Shown here: piece by piece, positions 1 to 13,071 of the stretch | How positions within the stretch are numbered: the stretch's first letter is position 1 | Layout of the letters: each line of letters starts with the position of its first letter | Source of the DNA: Candidatus Omnitrophota bacterium | GTDB taxonomy: Bacteria > Omnitrophota > Gorgyraeia > Gygaellales > Profunditerraquicolaceae | DNA length: 64,000 nucleotides | Assembly: GCA_041663665.1 (NCBI GenBank) | Contig: JBAYMG010000002.1 | Coordinates: 99,509-163,508 of the forward strand | Direction: 5' to 3' | Program-made: the position numbers and the translations under genes | The notes under the pieces: generated by a model | What the model saw: the letters and a program-made list of their open reading frames with translations, nothing else | The model's database searches: none | What the model was told of the DNA's origin: nothing

Positions 1-188
1 ATAATCTCACCAAAGAATGGCTTATCTTTTAGATGTTTATAATGCTCTTCAGCTAAATTTTTAGAGACACGCACCATTTTAGCAGCAACAATTTCAAGCT
101 TGGTTTCCGATAAACGCGAAAGGATATTCCCAGTTAAAGATTTTTTAAGCCCGTCGGGTTTAATTAAAATTAAGACTGCCTGGTTCAT
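1..188 (-). CDS. ndk: nucleoside diphosphate kinase, N-terminal part; gene runs off the window edge
   Basis: Reverse-complement translation from the ATG at 188-186 gives MNQAVLILIKPDGLKKSLTGNILSRLSETKLEIVAAKMVRVSKNLAEEHYKHLKDKPFFGEII, a classic NDK N-terminus. A GGAGGA RBS sits upstream. Confidence 0.8.
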   Translation of the reverse strand, partial: MNQAVLILIKPDGLKKSLTGNILSRLSETKLEIVAAKMVRVSKNLAEEHYKHLKDKPFFGEI

Positions 189-191
189 TGT

Positions 192-1049
192 TTACTTTCC
201 TCCTTTAATAACATTAACTATGCGCTCAAGATCTTCTTGTGAATAAAACTCAATATTAACATGCCCTCGTTTTTTTCTTTTACTAATTCTAACTTTAGTA
301 GCTAAAGCATGCTGCAGCTGTTCCTCAAAAATAGCGATAGATGGTTCACGCTGGCCAAGCCCAATGCTGCGTTTTATTGATTTCGGCCGGCTAGTTTTTA
401 ATAAAGTTTCTAACTCTCGTACTGACAAGCCTTTAGAAATAATATCCTGAGCCAATTTGCGCTGCTGATTAGCATCTTCAACCTCAAGCAGGGCTCGACC
501 ATGAGCAAAACTAATCCTGCCTTTTTTCATTTCATCTTGAATCTCATGTGGAAGTTTAAGCAAGCGCAAAGTGTTCGTGATCGAAACTCTGGATTTCCCA
601 ACTGCTTCGGAAATTTTTTCCTGAGTAATATTAAATTTATCAATTAAGTGTTGATAGGCATGCGCTTCTTCAATAGAATTCAAACTCTCCCTCTGGATAT
701 TTTCAATTAAAGCCAACTCCAAAGAATCCTGGTCACTTACATCACGCACAATAATTGGAATTTCCGCTAAGCCCAAAGAAGTAGCAGCACGTAACCTTCT
801 CTCTCCGGCGATCAGCTCATAGCTATCTCCCCTTCGTCTGACTAAAAGCGGCTGTATAACTCCTTTTTCTTTGATTGATTGGGCTAGCTCCTCAATGCTT
901 AGTTGATCGAAAACTTCACGCGGTTGAAATGGATTAGCTTTGATTTGTCCAGTCTGGACATAAATAATCTCTTCTTTGTGAATAGCACTATCAATTACTT
1001 TCTCAGGAATTAACGCACTAAGGCCCTTTCCTAAAGATCTTCTTTCCAT
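192..1049 (-). CDS. parB: chromosome partitioning protein ParB (Spo0J)
   Basis: 285 aa with N-terminal GKGLSALI and the ParB box GERRLRAA. Its ATG overlaps the parA stop by 1 nt. Confidence 0.9.
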   Translation of the reverse strand: MERRSLGKGLSALIPEKVIDSAIHKEEIIYVQTGQIKANPFQPREVFDQLSIEELAQSIKEKGVIQPLLVRRRGDSYELIAGERRLRAATSLGLAEIPIIVRDVSDQDSLELALIENIQRESLNSIEEAHAYQHLIDKFNITQEKISEAVGKSRVSITNTLRLLKLPHEIQDEMKKGRISFAHGRALLEVEDANQQRKLAQDIISKGLSVRELETLLKTSRPKSIKRSIGLGQREPSIAIFEEQLQHALATKVRISKRKKRGHVNIEFYSQEDLERIVNVIKGGK

Positions 1050-1879
1050 TAAACCGCTCCTTTTGGAATTTTTAAATTTGAAGGTATTCCTAATATTTCA
1101 TTGCTCAGTTCTTCGTATTTTTTTGCACCGAGCGAATCTTTATCATACAAAGCAATGGGCTTGCCAAAACTCGGAGCTTCGGTTAAACGAACATTCCGTG
1201 GAATTACCGTATTATAAACTTTATCCTGAAAATGATTACGCGCCTCTTGAATAACTTCTTTTGTAAGGTTAGTACGAAAATCTGCCATAGTCAAAAGAAC
1301 GCCTTCAATGGCTAATAACGGATTAAGATTTTCTTTTACAAGTCTAACAGTATTATGTAGTTGTGTCAATCCCTCTAACGCATAATATTCACACTGCACA
1401 GGAATGATAACTGAATCAGCAGCACATAAACCATTGATTGTAAGCAACCCTAATGAAGGTGGCGAATCTATAATTATAAAATCGTAGTTTTCTTTTTCTA
1501 ACTGTAAAGCTCTTTTAAGCCTATATTCTCGTCCTAACGCTCCTACGAGCTCCACCTCAGCTCCAGTTAAATCTAAATTTGATGGAGCAAGCATAAGATT
1601 ATCAATACAAGTTTTTTGAATAATATCGCTAAATTTTAATTCCTCAAGAAGAATATGATATGTGCTTTTTAAGATATCATGCTTATTTATCCCCATACCG
1701 CTTGTAGCATTTGCCTGAGGATCTAAATCAATAAGCATAATCTTCTTACCTGCCATTGCAAGATAAGCCGAGAGATTAATTGAAGTAGTTGTTTTACCTA
1801 CCCCGCCCTTTTGATTACAAATTGCTATTATTTTACCCATTGATATTATTATAGTTAGAAGATGTTCCACGCGAAACAT
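1049..1879 (-). CDS. parA: ParA/Soj partitioning ATPase
   Basis: Deviant Walker A KGGVGKTTT. The true start may be the internal Met at 1840 (MGKIIAICNQKGGVGKTT). No clear SD for either start. Confidence 0.88.
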   Translation of the reverse strand: MFRVEHLLTIIISMGKIIAICNQKGGVGKTTTSINLSAYLAMAGKKIMLIDLDPQANATSGMGINKHDILKSTYHILLEELKFSDIIQKTCIDNLMLAPSNLDLTGAEVELVGALGREYRLKRALQLEKENYDFIIIDSPPSLGLLTINGLCAADSVIIPVQCEYYALEGLTQLHNTVRLVKENLNPLLAIEGVLLTMADFRTNLTKEVIQEARNHFQDKVYNTVIPRNVRLTEAPSFGKPIALYDKDSLGAKKYEELSNEILGIPSNLKIPKGAV

Positions 1880-1920
1880 CTCTTTTAACTAACTCAATTA
1901 TCTCAAAATTAAAATGCTTG

Positions 1921-2121
1921 TCAAGGGTTTTCTTCGCTTGGGATCACGCTTACGCGTATCTTTGCAGGCTTAGCTCCAGGCATACCAAAAAGCCCTTTTT
2001 TTTCTTCGGACAAGCTCTCAATCTTAACTCGATTCCTAGGTAACTTTAATTCTAAAAGCGCCTTTTCAATGGCTTCTTCAACTGTCCGACCCTCAGCTTC
2101 TATAGATTGAGCTTTTTTCAC
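1921..2121 (-). CDS. Jag/KhpB N-terminal-domain-only protein (66 aa); KH and R3H domains absent
   Basis: Sits immediately downstream of yidC where jag normally lies. Only a short, charged Jag_N-like segment is encoded. Confidence 0.45.
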   Translation of the reverse strand: MKKAQSIEAEGRTVEEAIEKALLELKLPRNRVKIESLSEEKKGLFGMPGAKPAKIRVSVIPSEENP

Positions 2122-3638
2122 TTTTGAGTATTAATACGAAATTGATAACTAAGCATTAATATGCTATTCACAAACCAATAAAGCACTAATCCGGATGGCA
2201 TTTGGTAAAAAATTACTCCAAACATGACTGGCATAATAATCAACATCATCTTCTGCTGCTGTGCAGCATCCCCGGTTGCCTTAACCATAGATATTTTCTG
2301 CTGAACAAACATACCAATAGCCATTAAAACCGGCAAAATGTTTACTTGGTTGCCTAACAAAGGAATAGAATTCTTTAAGACAAATAGTTTATCCGGTGAA
2401 GACAAATCCTTAATCCATAAAAACTCAGCTCCTCGCAAAGCTGTTGAACGGATCAATGCCTGATAAAGTGCAAAGAAAATTGGCATTTGCAATAAAAGCG
2501 GCAAACATCCACTCAATGGATTAACCTTATGTTCCTTATAAAGCTCCATTATTTCTTTATTTAATCTTTGCGGATTATCTTTCAAATCCTTACGCAAAGC
2601 CTCAATCTTAGGTTGTAAAGCTTGCATTTCTTTCATTGAGCGCATTTGCTTAATTGAAAGTGGAAAAAGAACAAGATAAACCGCGATGCTTAATAATATT
2701 ATTGCCAAGCCCCAATTATGAACTAAACCATAAAAAAATCCTAAAAGCTGTAAGAGTATCTGTGCGATAATATCAAATGTGCCAAAAAATATAATTGATG
2801 TCCATTCTGGTTTAATATTATTGAGTATCTTTAAATCCTGTGGTCCCAAGTAAATACGAAAAGAGTGTCCAATCTGTATTCCTGGCTGAACACTCACTTC
2901 CTTCATAAACAAACCAACTTCTGATTCATCTTGATTGATTTTTTTAACATAAGCGCTAACCGCAATATCCTCCACAGGCTCAACAATAGCACAAAAATAC
3001 TGGTCTCTTAAGCCTATAAATTTCACATCTTGACTTCTATAATTTTTACCCGCACCAAGATGCACTGTTTTCTCTTTACCACCAAACAAAACATCCTGAT
3101 AACGTGATTGGGAATTTTTAGCTGATAAATTTAGTTTGCCTAAAACTAATTGTGAATTCAATAATAAAGGTATCGAAGATAAATTTTTAACTTGAATTTC
3201 TAACTCAATGACATTACTATTGTTAGGAATACTATATTTTTTAATAATGCGTTTGTTTTGATCCTCATAAATGAACGAAAAAGTATCGCTAGTTTTACTT
3301 AACTGTTTAAATAATAAATCATCATTGGTTAAAAAACCGGTTTTTAATGGTAAACGATGCTCAAGTTTGTCTTTAAAAATTACCTCAAGGATATCAGCTT
3401 TAGCCGGGTTGAAAATTAATTCACGGTTTCCTTGAACAAACCTGACTGTTTCTGTTACAATTTCAGGAACTGCTGGGTTTGGAACCAAAGGTTGCGAGAG
3501 AATGGAAGGGCCTTGCGCCTGTACGGTTCCAGTTGCAACTTCTTTATTTCCAATGATTTGCGGTTTTGGAGTTAAAACAGACCAAGTTAATAGTACTAAT
3601 AAAGATAAGGCGATTGCCAGAGTTAAGCGTTTATCCAT
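2118..3638 (-). CDS. yidC: membrane protein insertase YidC
   Basis: 506 aa with an N-terminal TM, a large periplasmic domain and a C-terminal 5-TM core. Position is conserved next to yidD. Confidence 0.9.
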   Translation of the reverse strand: MDKRLTLAIALSLLVLLTWSVLTPKPQIIGNKEVATGTVQAQGPSILSQPLVPNPAVPEIVTETVRFVQGNRELIFNPAKADILEVIFKDKLEHRLPLKTGFLTNDDLLFKQLSKTSDTFSFIYEDQNKRIIKKYSIPNNSNVIELEIQVKNLSSIPLLLNSQLVLGKLNLSAKNSQSRYQDVLFGGKEKTVHLGAGKNYRSQDVKFIGLRDQYFCAIVEPVEDIAVSAYVKKINQDESEVGLFMKEVSVQPGIQIGHSFRIYLGPQDLKILNNIKPEWTSIIFFGTFDIIAQILLQLLGFFYGLVHNWGLAIILLSIAVYLVLFPLSIKQMRSMKEMQALQPKIEALRKDLKDNPQRLNKEIMELYKEHKVNPLSGCLPLLLQMPIFFALYQALIRSTALRGAEFLWIKDLSSPDKLFVLKNSIPLLGNQVNILPVLMAIGMFVQQKISMVKATGDAAQQQKMMLIIMPVMFGVIFYQMPSGLVLYWFVNSILMLSYQFRINTQK

Positions 3639-3643
3639 AGTTT

Positions 3644-3862
3644 TTATATTAAGGGATCATAACCAGACCGCCCAGAAAAAGGATGACAGCGGAATATTCT
3701 AGTTAACCCCTTGAACCCTCCTTTAATAAAACCGTATTTTAAAATTGCTTGTTTTGTAAACTCGGAACAATTTGGTTCAAATCGGCAACAAATCGGTAAT
3801 AGTGGCCTTAAATACTGTTGATACTTTTCAATTAAAAAAATAGCTGGTTTAATTAATGTCAA
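3644..3862 (-). CDS. yidD: membrane protein insertion efficiency factor YidD
   Basis: 72 aa with the [11 protein letters not shown] motif. TTG start at 3862-3860 overlaps the rpmH stop by 2 nt. Confidence 0.8.
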   Translation of the reverse strand: MTLIKPAIFLIEKYQQYLRPLLPICCRFEPNCSEFTKQAILKYGFIKGGFKGLTRIFRCHPFSGRSGYDPLI

Positions 3863-3996
3863 ATAGTAAGCCTCTTTCTGCCCCTGCTGCGTCGACGAGC
3901 TACAAGCTTGCGCCCGGATTTAGTTGCCATTTTACTACGAAAACCATGGCGTTTTTTCCCAACAATTTTTGTGGGTGTCTTTAAGTTCTTTTTCAT
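3859..3996 (-). CDS. rpmH: 50S ribosomal protein L34
   Basis: Not in the ORF track (45 aa). Reverse-complement translation gives [52 protein letters not shown] upstream. Confidence 0.8.
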   Translation of the reverse strand: MKKNLKTPTKIVGKKRHGFRSKMATKSGRKLVARRRSRGRKRLTI

Positions 3997-4249
3997 TCTT
4001 ACTCCTTTTATGGGTGTGAATATTTTCTAAGATTGTGAATTGTAACACACATTTATAAACCGGTCAAGTTTTTTGTTGACGATTCAACATAATATTGTAT
4101 AATAGCTAACGTTTAACTTTTTTACTTGCAAGTAGTTTGAGCTCTGTTATAATAGGTTTTGTGTAAAAAAATTGGTAAGAAATTTTATCCACAGATTTAT
4201 ACAAGTTGTGTATAAACTGTTAATACTGTGAGTATCGTCAAAAAATTGA
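3997..4249. other. putative oriC / dnaA promoter region with DnaA boxes
   Basis: Perfect TTATCCACA at 4185-4193. Reverse-orientation TGTGTATAA at 4207-4215. Weaker TGTGAATAT at 4015-4023. AT-rich tract 4067-4130. Lies between divergent rpmH and dnaA. Confidence 0.5.
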
Positions 4250-5593
4250 GTGCATATGCTTGAACTTATTAAACAATGGGAAGAGGTTCGAAACAATTTA
4301 AAGACTAAATTGGGTGATACTATTTTTGCTACCTGGATTGAGCCTTTAAAGTTTTCTGCTCAAGACAACCAAAGCATTGATTTAACGGCTCCTGACCAAT
4401 TTTTTAAAGATTGGGTAGAAAAACATTACCTCGGGTTAATACAAGAAGCACTAAAATTGCGAGGCTTGGACAATCTGTTAATAAAACTAGTTGTCAGCAC
4501 AGAATCGGGAACTTTAAGCATCCCCAATGCTCCCTTAGAAACAAATATTAAAAACTCGACAATTGTTAATCCGGCTAACTTAAACTCCCGCTATACATTT
4601 GACAACTTTGTAATTGGCCCATCAAATAGGCACGCGCATGCATATTCGTTAGCAGTTGCTGACTCTCCGGCGAAGAATTATAATCCTTTATTTATTTATG
4701 GAGGGGTAGGACTGGGTAAAACTCATTTAATTCAAGCTATCTGCCACCAAATAAGAAACAATGCGGCTTCGGCGGTAAAAATATGCTATATTTCTAGCGA
4801 AAAATTTACTAATGAATTAATTGACGCTATAGTACACCGCTCTACTTCGGCTTTCCGCCAAAAATACCGCAATCTGGATGTGCTGGTCATTGATGACATC
4901 CACTTTATCGCTGGAAAGGAATCTACTCAAGAAGAATTTTTCCACACTTTTAATGCCCTCTACGATGCACATAAACAAATTGTTTTTTCATCAGACCGGC
5001 CACCCAAAGAGATCACCAATTTACAAGAACGCTTAGTATCGCGTTTTGGCTGGGGACTGGCTATAGATATCCAACCGCCGGACCTAGAAACAAGGATCGC
5101 GATTTTAAAAAAGAAAATTGAACGCGAACCAATTAGTGTCCCGGATGACGTAATATTTTTTATTGCCGGATTAATCAAAACTAATATCCGCGAATTAGAA
5201 GGCGCGTTAATTAGGACAATTGCTTATTCTTTATTGGAAGAGGAACCGGTCAGCCTGCAATTAACTAAAGAGGTCCTTAAGGATTTATTAAAAGAACCGG
5301 TAAAATTAATTACTGTTGATTTTATCCAGCGTTGCGTAGTGGAGGAATTTGGGCTTTCATTACAAGACTTAAAAACTAAACGGCGCAACAAACAAATTGT
5401 TTTGCCCAGACAAATAGCTATGTACCTAAGCAGAGAATTAACAGATTTATCTCTTCCTGAAATCGGGGAACTTTTTGGAGGTAAAGACCACACAACAGTC
5501 CTACATTCTTATAAAAAGCTTAAAGAAGAGATAAACCATAACCCGGAACTAAAGAACCGGATAGAAAAACTTATTCAAGTCATCAAACAATAG
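4250..5593 (+). CDS. dnaA: chromosomal replication initiator DnaA
   Basis: AAA+ Walker A GGVGLGKTHL, sensor motifs, and C-terminal HTH (DHTTVLHS). Confidence 0.95.
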   Translation: MHMLELIKQWEEVRNNLKTKLGDTIFATWIEPLKFSAQDNQSIDLTAPDQFFKDWVEKHYLGLIQEALKLRGLDNLLIKLVVSTESGTLSIPNAPLETNIKNSTIVNPANLNSRYTFDNFVIGPSNRHAHAYSLAVADSPAKNYNPLFIYGGVGLGKTHLIQAICHQIRNNAASAVKICYISSEKFTNELIDAIVHRSTSAFRQKYRNLDVLVIDDIHFIAGKESTQEEFFHTFNALYDAHKQIVFSSDRPPKEITNLQERLVSRFGWGLAIDIQPPDLETRIAILKKKIEREPISVPDDVIFFIAGLIKTNIRELEGALIRTIAYSLLEEEPVSLQLTKEVLKDLLKEPVKLITVDFIQRCVVEEFGLSLQDLKTKRRNKQIVLPRQIAMYLSRELTDLSLPEIGELFGGKDHTTVLHSYKKLKEEINHNPELKNRIEKLIQVIKQ

Positions 5594-5734
5594 TACCCAA
5601 GTTATTAACTGGTAATTATTATTCTAAACATTGTTATTGCAAATAGTTTTGTTCTTGTTAACAGAAATGGCCACGTATTACGTCTACTGTTATTTTAAGA
5701 TCTTATATAATTATAAATAGAAGGAGATTAAAAA

Positions 5735-6826
5735 ATGAGGTTTAAAGTTGAAAAAAGTAGTTTAGTTGGTGCAATTCAGGTAGTTGGAAATGTAATTACC
5801 ACAAAATCAGCTTTGCCTATTCTTTCAAACATCTTAATTGAAGGGCAAATGGGTAGCTTGAGGCTTACGGCAACAGATTTAGATATAGGGATAACCTGTG
5901 TAATCCCTGTGGATACCCAGGAAATAGGATCAATCACGATTCCAGCGAAAAGATTTAATGATATTATTAAGGAATTTCCTTTAGAAGTTATTAATATTTC
6001 CACAAAAAAAAATAATCAAGTGACAATAGATTCAGATATGTGTCAATTTAAAATTATGGGTCTAGCTAAAGAGGAGTTCCCAAAATTACCTGAGTTTAAA
6101 GATAAAAAGGCGATCAAGATTGGGCAGGCGCTTTTAAAACAAGCACTTTCCTTAACGTCTTTTGCAGTATCTTTTGACGAAACCCGTTATGTTTTAAATG
6201 GGATATTGTTTAAACTTAGTAAGGGTGTGTTGACTTTAGTGTCAACAGATGGGAAACGGTTAGCTATTGCCGAGAAAAAATTATCTCTAGAGCCAGATGT
6301 AGAAATAAGTATGATTGTGCCGATTAAAACAATTCAAGAATTAAATCGTAATCTCAAGGATGATGGGGAGCTGTCTTTGGTTGTGAGCAATAATCAGGTT
6401 TTATTTGATTTAGGTAGTGTTGGTATTGTGTCGCGCTTAATTGAAGGGGAGTTCCCGGATTATAAACAAGTTGTTCCTCAGGCAACCGAAAATAAAATGA
6501 AAGTAGGGCGTAATCAGTTTTTGTTGGCAATAAGGAGAGCAGCTCTTTTAGTCACCCAGGATTATCAGGCAGTCAAGTTAGAGGTTTTTAAAAATAAATT
6601 AGTGATTTCAAAATCTACTCCTGATGTCGGTGAGTTTCATGAAGAGTTGCCGGTGGAATATCAGGGCAGAGAGCTGGTTATTGGTTTTAACCCGGTGTAT
6701 TTAATGGATGTTGTTAAAATTCTTAGCGAAGAGACAATTTGTTTAGAGTTAATTGATGCGGAAAAGCCCGGAGTTATACGTACCAACGGTTATGTTTACA
6801 TAGTTTTACCTATGCGTCTTAATTAG
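5735..6826 (+). CDS. dnaN: DNA polymerase III beta sliding clamp
   Basis: 363 aa three-domain clamp, GGAG RBS, canonical position after dnaA. Confidence 0.95.
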   Translation: MRFKVEKSSLVGAIQVVGNVITTKSALPILSNILIEGQMGSLRLTATDLDIGITCVIPVDTQEIGSITIPAKRFNDIIKEFPLEVINISTKKNNQVTIDSDMCQFKIMGLAKEEFPKLPEFKDKKAIKIGQALLKQALSLTSFAVSFDETRYVLNGILFKLSKGVLTLVSTDGKRLAIAEKKLSLEPDVEISMIVPIKTIQELNRNLKDDGELSLVVSNNQVLFDLGSVGIVSRLIEGEFPDYKQVVPQATENKMKVGRNQFLLAIRRAALLVTQDYQAVKLEVFKNKLVISKSTPDVGEFHEELPVEYQGRELVIGFNPVYLMDVVKILSEETICLELIDAEKPGVIRTNGYVYIVLPMRLN

Positions 6827-6829
6827 GCT

Positions 6830-9573
<2,744 letters not shown>

Positions 9574-9585
9574 AACGGAGGGGAA

Positions 9586-10389
9586 ATGACTGAACTTAAA
9601 AAAAATGCAGTTTACCCGGTACGCATTTTTAGCGAAGCCTGGGGGGTTTTTCGAAAGAATGTAGTCAGGCTCTGTTCAATTTATTTTATATTTTACGTTC
9701 CATACCTGTTGCTTTCTGTTCTAGCGAATGTTTTGCCCGGGGATCAGTCAAATATCCTGTTGATTATTATTGCTTTTGTCAGCATATGGTGTAGCGTAGC
9801 TTTGTTGTTTGCGGTAAATAAGGCTACTGATCAAGAGAGCTTTAGTATTAAGGAAAGCATAATGTTAGGAATGAAAAAGTATTCCTTAAACTATGTCGGG
9901 ATAATCTTGCTGCTTTTCTTGTTTGGCCTTTTGATTTTGCTTGCGATGCTCGCAGCATTTTATGTTGCCTCATTATTGTTAAAAGTAAGTTCAATATTGG
10001 CAATTGTCCTGCAAATACTTTGTGTTGTTTTAGGAGTTTGTTTAGTAGTATATTTCATGATCCGTTGGTCGTTGGGCTGGGTTTGTATTTTAGAAAATAT
10101 TAATCCTTTTGCTGCCTTAAAACGCAGCCGGGTATTAATTAAAGGCCATGTCAATCCAGTGGTAGGAGAATATGCTTTATTTATCATGGCATCTATTGTA
10201 GCCAATATTCCCTATTTAATTCTAACGTTGATTTTTACCAGCCCGGATGCAAACCAAGAAATACAGATATTAGGCGCAGCAATTAATAGTGTTGTTGTTT
10301 ATGGCATTGTTTCGCCTTTTGTAGTGACGATTATGGTTGTGTTGTATAAAAAATTGAAAGAGGTAAACGCAATAAATGTACACCCGTAA
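9586..10389 (+). CDS. polytopic membrane protein of unknown function inserted between gyrB and gyrA
   Basis: 267 aa with 6-7 predicted TM helices. The 3' end overlaps the gyrA start by 14 nt. Confidence 0.55.
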   Translation: MTELKKNAVYPVRIFSEAWGVFRKNVVRLCSIYFIFYVPYLLLSVLANVLPGDQSNILLIIIAFVSIWCSVALLFAVNKATDQESFSIKESIMLGMKKYSLNYVGIILLLFLFGLLILLAMLAAFYVASLLLKVSSILAIVLQILCVVLGVCLVVYFMIRWSLGWVCILENINPFAALKRSRVLIKGHVNPVVGEYALFIMASIVANIPYLILTLIFTSPDANQEIQILGAAINSVVVYGIVSPFVVTIMVVLYKKLKEVNAINVHP

Positions 10390-12808
10390 TGATAAGATAA
10401 TTAATGTTTATATCGAGGATGAAGTAAAGGATTCCTATTTAAATTATGCGATGAGCGTAATTGTGGGCCGGGCATTGCCGGATGTGCGCGATGGCCTGAA
10501 GCCTGTGCATCGGCGAATTTTGTATGCTATGTCCGAGCTTAACCTCGAACATTCCAAGCCTTATAAAAAATGTGCACGTATCGTTGGTGAAACTATGGGT
10601 AAGTACCATCCTCATGGCGATAGTGCGATTTATGATACTTTAGTCAGAATGGCGCAAGATTTTTCTTTGCGCTATCCTTTGGTTGATGGGCAGGGTAATT
10701 TTGGGTCGGTCGATGGTGACGCGGCGGCTGCGATGCGTTATACTGAAGCACGTTTGGCGGCTGTGTCTGATGAGATGCTCTCAGACATTGAAAAGGAAAC
10801 AGTAAATTATGGCCCAAATTTTGACTCATCTTTAAAAGAACCGTTGCTTCTACCGGCTGCCCTACCCAATCTTTTAGTTAACGGCTCAAGCGGGATTGCC
10901 GTTGGCATGGCGACAAATATCCCGCCGCATAATTTAAATGAGGTATGCGACGCACTTATTTATTTAATTGATCAGCCTGAAGCCGAAATCAAAGATTTAA
11001 TGCGTTATATTAAGGGCCCGGATTTTCCGACGGGTGGTTTAATTTGCGGTAAGGCAGGCATTAAAGATGCTTATATGACGGGCAGAGGAAAACTTTTAAT
11101 CCGTGCCAGGGCGACAGTAGAGCATCAGAAGAACGGTAAAGATTTAATTATTTTTACTGAGATTCCCTACCAGGTGCAGAAGTCTGCTTTGATTGAGTCG
11201 ATTGCCGGGTTAGTGGATGACAAAAAAATCGAAGGTATTTCAGATATCCGGGATGAATCAGATAAAGAAGGTATGCGTATAGTTGTTGAGCTTAAGCGCG
11301 ATATCGAGTCTCAAATCGTTTTAAATCAACTTTTCAAGCATACGCAATTAGAGAATACTTTTGGTATTATCATGCTGGCCTTGGTCGATAATCGGCCCAA
11401 AGTTTTAAATTTGCGCCAGATGTTGGATTGTTATGTTGAGCATCGCCGGGTGGTTATCCGCCGGCGTACACAATTTGAATTAGATAAAGCTTTAAAGCGG
11501 GCGCATATTTTGGAGGGTTTAAAAATTGCGCTTAAATTTATTGATCAGATTATTAAAGTTATTAAAACTTCAAAAAGCACTGATGCCGCTAAAGTAAATT
11601 TGATGAAGGAGTTTGAATTATCTGAGCTCCAAGCGCAGGCAATTCTTGAAATGCAGTTACAGCGCTTAACCGCTCTTGAGCGGGATAAGATTGATGCCGA
11701 ATACGCCGAGCTTCTAAAGAAAATTGAAAACTGCCGTTCAATTTTAGCTTCAGTTAAAAAAATCGAAGCAATTATCAAAGAAGAGCTGGAACTGTTAAAG
11801 AAGAAATATGGTGACCCCCGCCGCACTGATATTGTTGGGGAAGCCGAGAATTTGGAGATTGAAGATTTAATTGCTGATGAGGATGTGGTGGTAACCATCA
11901 GCCATGGCGGCTATATTAAACGTTTGCCGGTAAGTGCTTATCGCAAACAAAAGCGCGGTGGTACCGGAGCAACCGGTGCAGAATTAAAGGAAGAGGATTT
12001 TAGCGAACATCTTTTTGTTGCCTCAACGAAAGATTATGTGCTTATTTTTACGGATAAGGGCCAGGTGCATTGGTTAAAAGTTTATGAAATTCCTCAAGCC
12101 AGCCGCATATCTAAAGGGAAAGCAATTATTAATCTTGTCCAGATGGAAGCTGCAGCTAAGGTCAGCTCAACTATCCCGGTAAAAGAATTTTCTGCGGATA
12201 AATATCTGGTTATGGTTACAAAGTTAGGGCAAATTAAAAAGACTAAGCTTGATGCTTACGGTAATCCGCGCAAAGGCGGTATTATCGGGATTACTTTGGA
12301 TAAAGATGATGCGTTGATTGGTGTTGAAATGACTGATGGGAAACAGGAATTACTTATTGGGACCAGGCAGGGCAAGGCAATCCGGTTTTCCGAAGAGAAT
12401 GTGCGGGATATGGGAAGAGGCGCTCATGGTGTGCGCGCGATATCTTTAGCTAAAAAAGATGAAGTTATTGATATGGTGGTTCCTCAGAAGGCCTCAACTA
12501 TATTGACGGTTACCGAGTTAGGTTTTGTAAAACGTACAACTATTGATGAGTACCGTTTAACGAGCCGAGGCGGCAAAGGGGTAATTAATATTAAGGTTAC
12601 GGAAAAGAACGGCCAGGCAGTAAATTTAAAAACTGTAAACGATAAAGACGAGTTAATGGTTATTACTCAAAATGGAATATTTTTACGCTGTGCAATAAAA
12701 GATATACGTGAAACCGGCCGTTCATCACAAGGTGTGCGGTTAATTAAATTGCAGGATAAAGATCAAGTTGCGTGTGTTGCTCCGGTGATCGCCGAAGAAA
12801 GCGAATAA
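10376..12808 (+). CDS. gyrA: DNA gyrase subunit A
   Basis: 810 aa with the catalytic Tyr region (AAMRYTE), a GyrA-box and C-terminal beta-pinwheel repeats. Confidence 0.95.
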   Translation: MYTRNDKIINVYIEDEVKDSYLNYAMSVIVGRALPDVRDGLKPVHRRILYAMSELNLEHSKPYKKCARIVGETMGKYHPHGDSAIYDTLVRMAQDFSLRYPLVDGQGNFGSVDGDAAAAMRYTEARLAAVSDEMLSDIEKETVNYGPNFDSSLKEPLLLPAALPNLLVNGSSGIAVGMATNIPPHNLNEVCDALIYLIDQPEAEIKDLMRYIKGPDFPTGGLICGKAGIKDAYMTGRGKLLIRARATVEHQKNGKDLIIFTEIPYQVQKSALIESIAGLVDDKKIEGISDIRDESDKEGMRIVVELKRDIESQIVLNQLFKHTQLENTFGIIMLALVDNRPKVLNLRQMLDCYVEHRRVVIRRRTQFELDKALKRAHILEGLKIALKFIDQIIKVIKTSKSTDAAKVNLMKEFELSELQAQAILEMQLQRLTALERDKIDAEYAELLKKIENCRSILASVKKIEAIIKEELELLKKKYGDPRRTDIVGEAENLEIEDLIADEDVVVTISHGGYIKRLPVSAYRKQKRGGTGATGAELKEEDFSEHLFVASTKDYVLIFTDKGQVHWLKVYEIPQASRISKGKAIINLVQMEAAAKVSSTIPVKEFSADKYLVMVTKLGQIKKTKLDAYGNPRKGGIIGITLDKDDALIGVEMTDGKQELLIGTRQGKAIRFSEENVRDMGRGAHGVRAISLAKKDEVIDMVVPQKASTILTVTELGFVKRTTIDEYRLTSRGGKGVINIKVTEKNGQAVNLKTVNDKDELMVITQNGIFLRCAIKDIRETGRSSQGVRLIKLQDKDQVACVAPVIAEESE

Positions 12809-12815
12809 GAATTTA

Positions 12816-12890
12816 GACCCCATCGTCTAGCCTGGTCTAGGACAAGAGCTTTTCAAGCTCTCGACACGGGTTCAAATCCCGTTGGGGTCA
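12816..12890 (+). tRNA. tRNA-Glu (anticodon TTC)
   Basis: Acceptor GACCCCA/TGGGGTC. Anticodon loop TTTTCAA in a 5-bp stem. T-arm GGGTTCAAATCCCG. Confidence 0.85.
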
Positions 12891-13001
12891 TTAAAATTTA
12901 GTTTTGGCATTTAGCAATATAAGCAACAACAGGGGTTCTCCCGCCGATTCTTAAAATATCTTGGCGGGACTGCGCCGCTTGACAAAAAAGATAGCGGCTG
13001 G

Positions 13002-13023
13002 AAATCCCGTTGGGGTCATTAAA
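13002..13023 (+). repeat. 22-bp direct repeat of the tRNA-Glu 3' end
   Basis: The sequence aaatcccgttggggtcattaaa is identical at 12874-12895 and 13002-13023. No 5' acceptor partner, so it is not a second tRNA. Confidence 0.6.
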
Positions 13024-13071
13024 TTTGCAGTTATTTTTAGATTTTGTTGTACAAAATATAAAGGTGCTTAA

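Noticed and set aside
1063-1254. Numerous 60-120-aa ORFs antisense to or nested in long genes (e.g. 1063-1254, 3502-3702, 4960-5178, 8250-8729, 11545-11898, 29632-30081)
   Set aside because: They overlap well-supported conserved genes on the opposite strand or in another frame. They have low-complexity composition and no RBS, so they are shadow ORFs.
12891-13071. Possible glmS ribozyme or second tRNA upstream of glmS
   Set aside because: There are two short hairpins and the tRNA-Glu 3' repeat, but no glmS ribozyme core and no 5' acceptor strand or D/anticodon arms for a tRNA.
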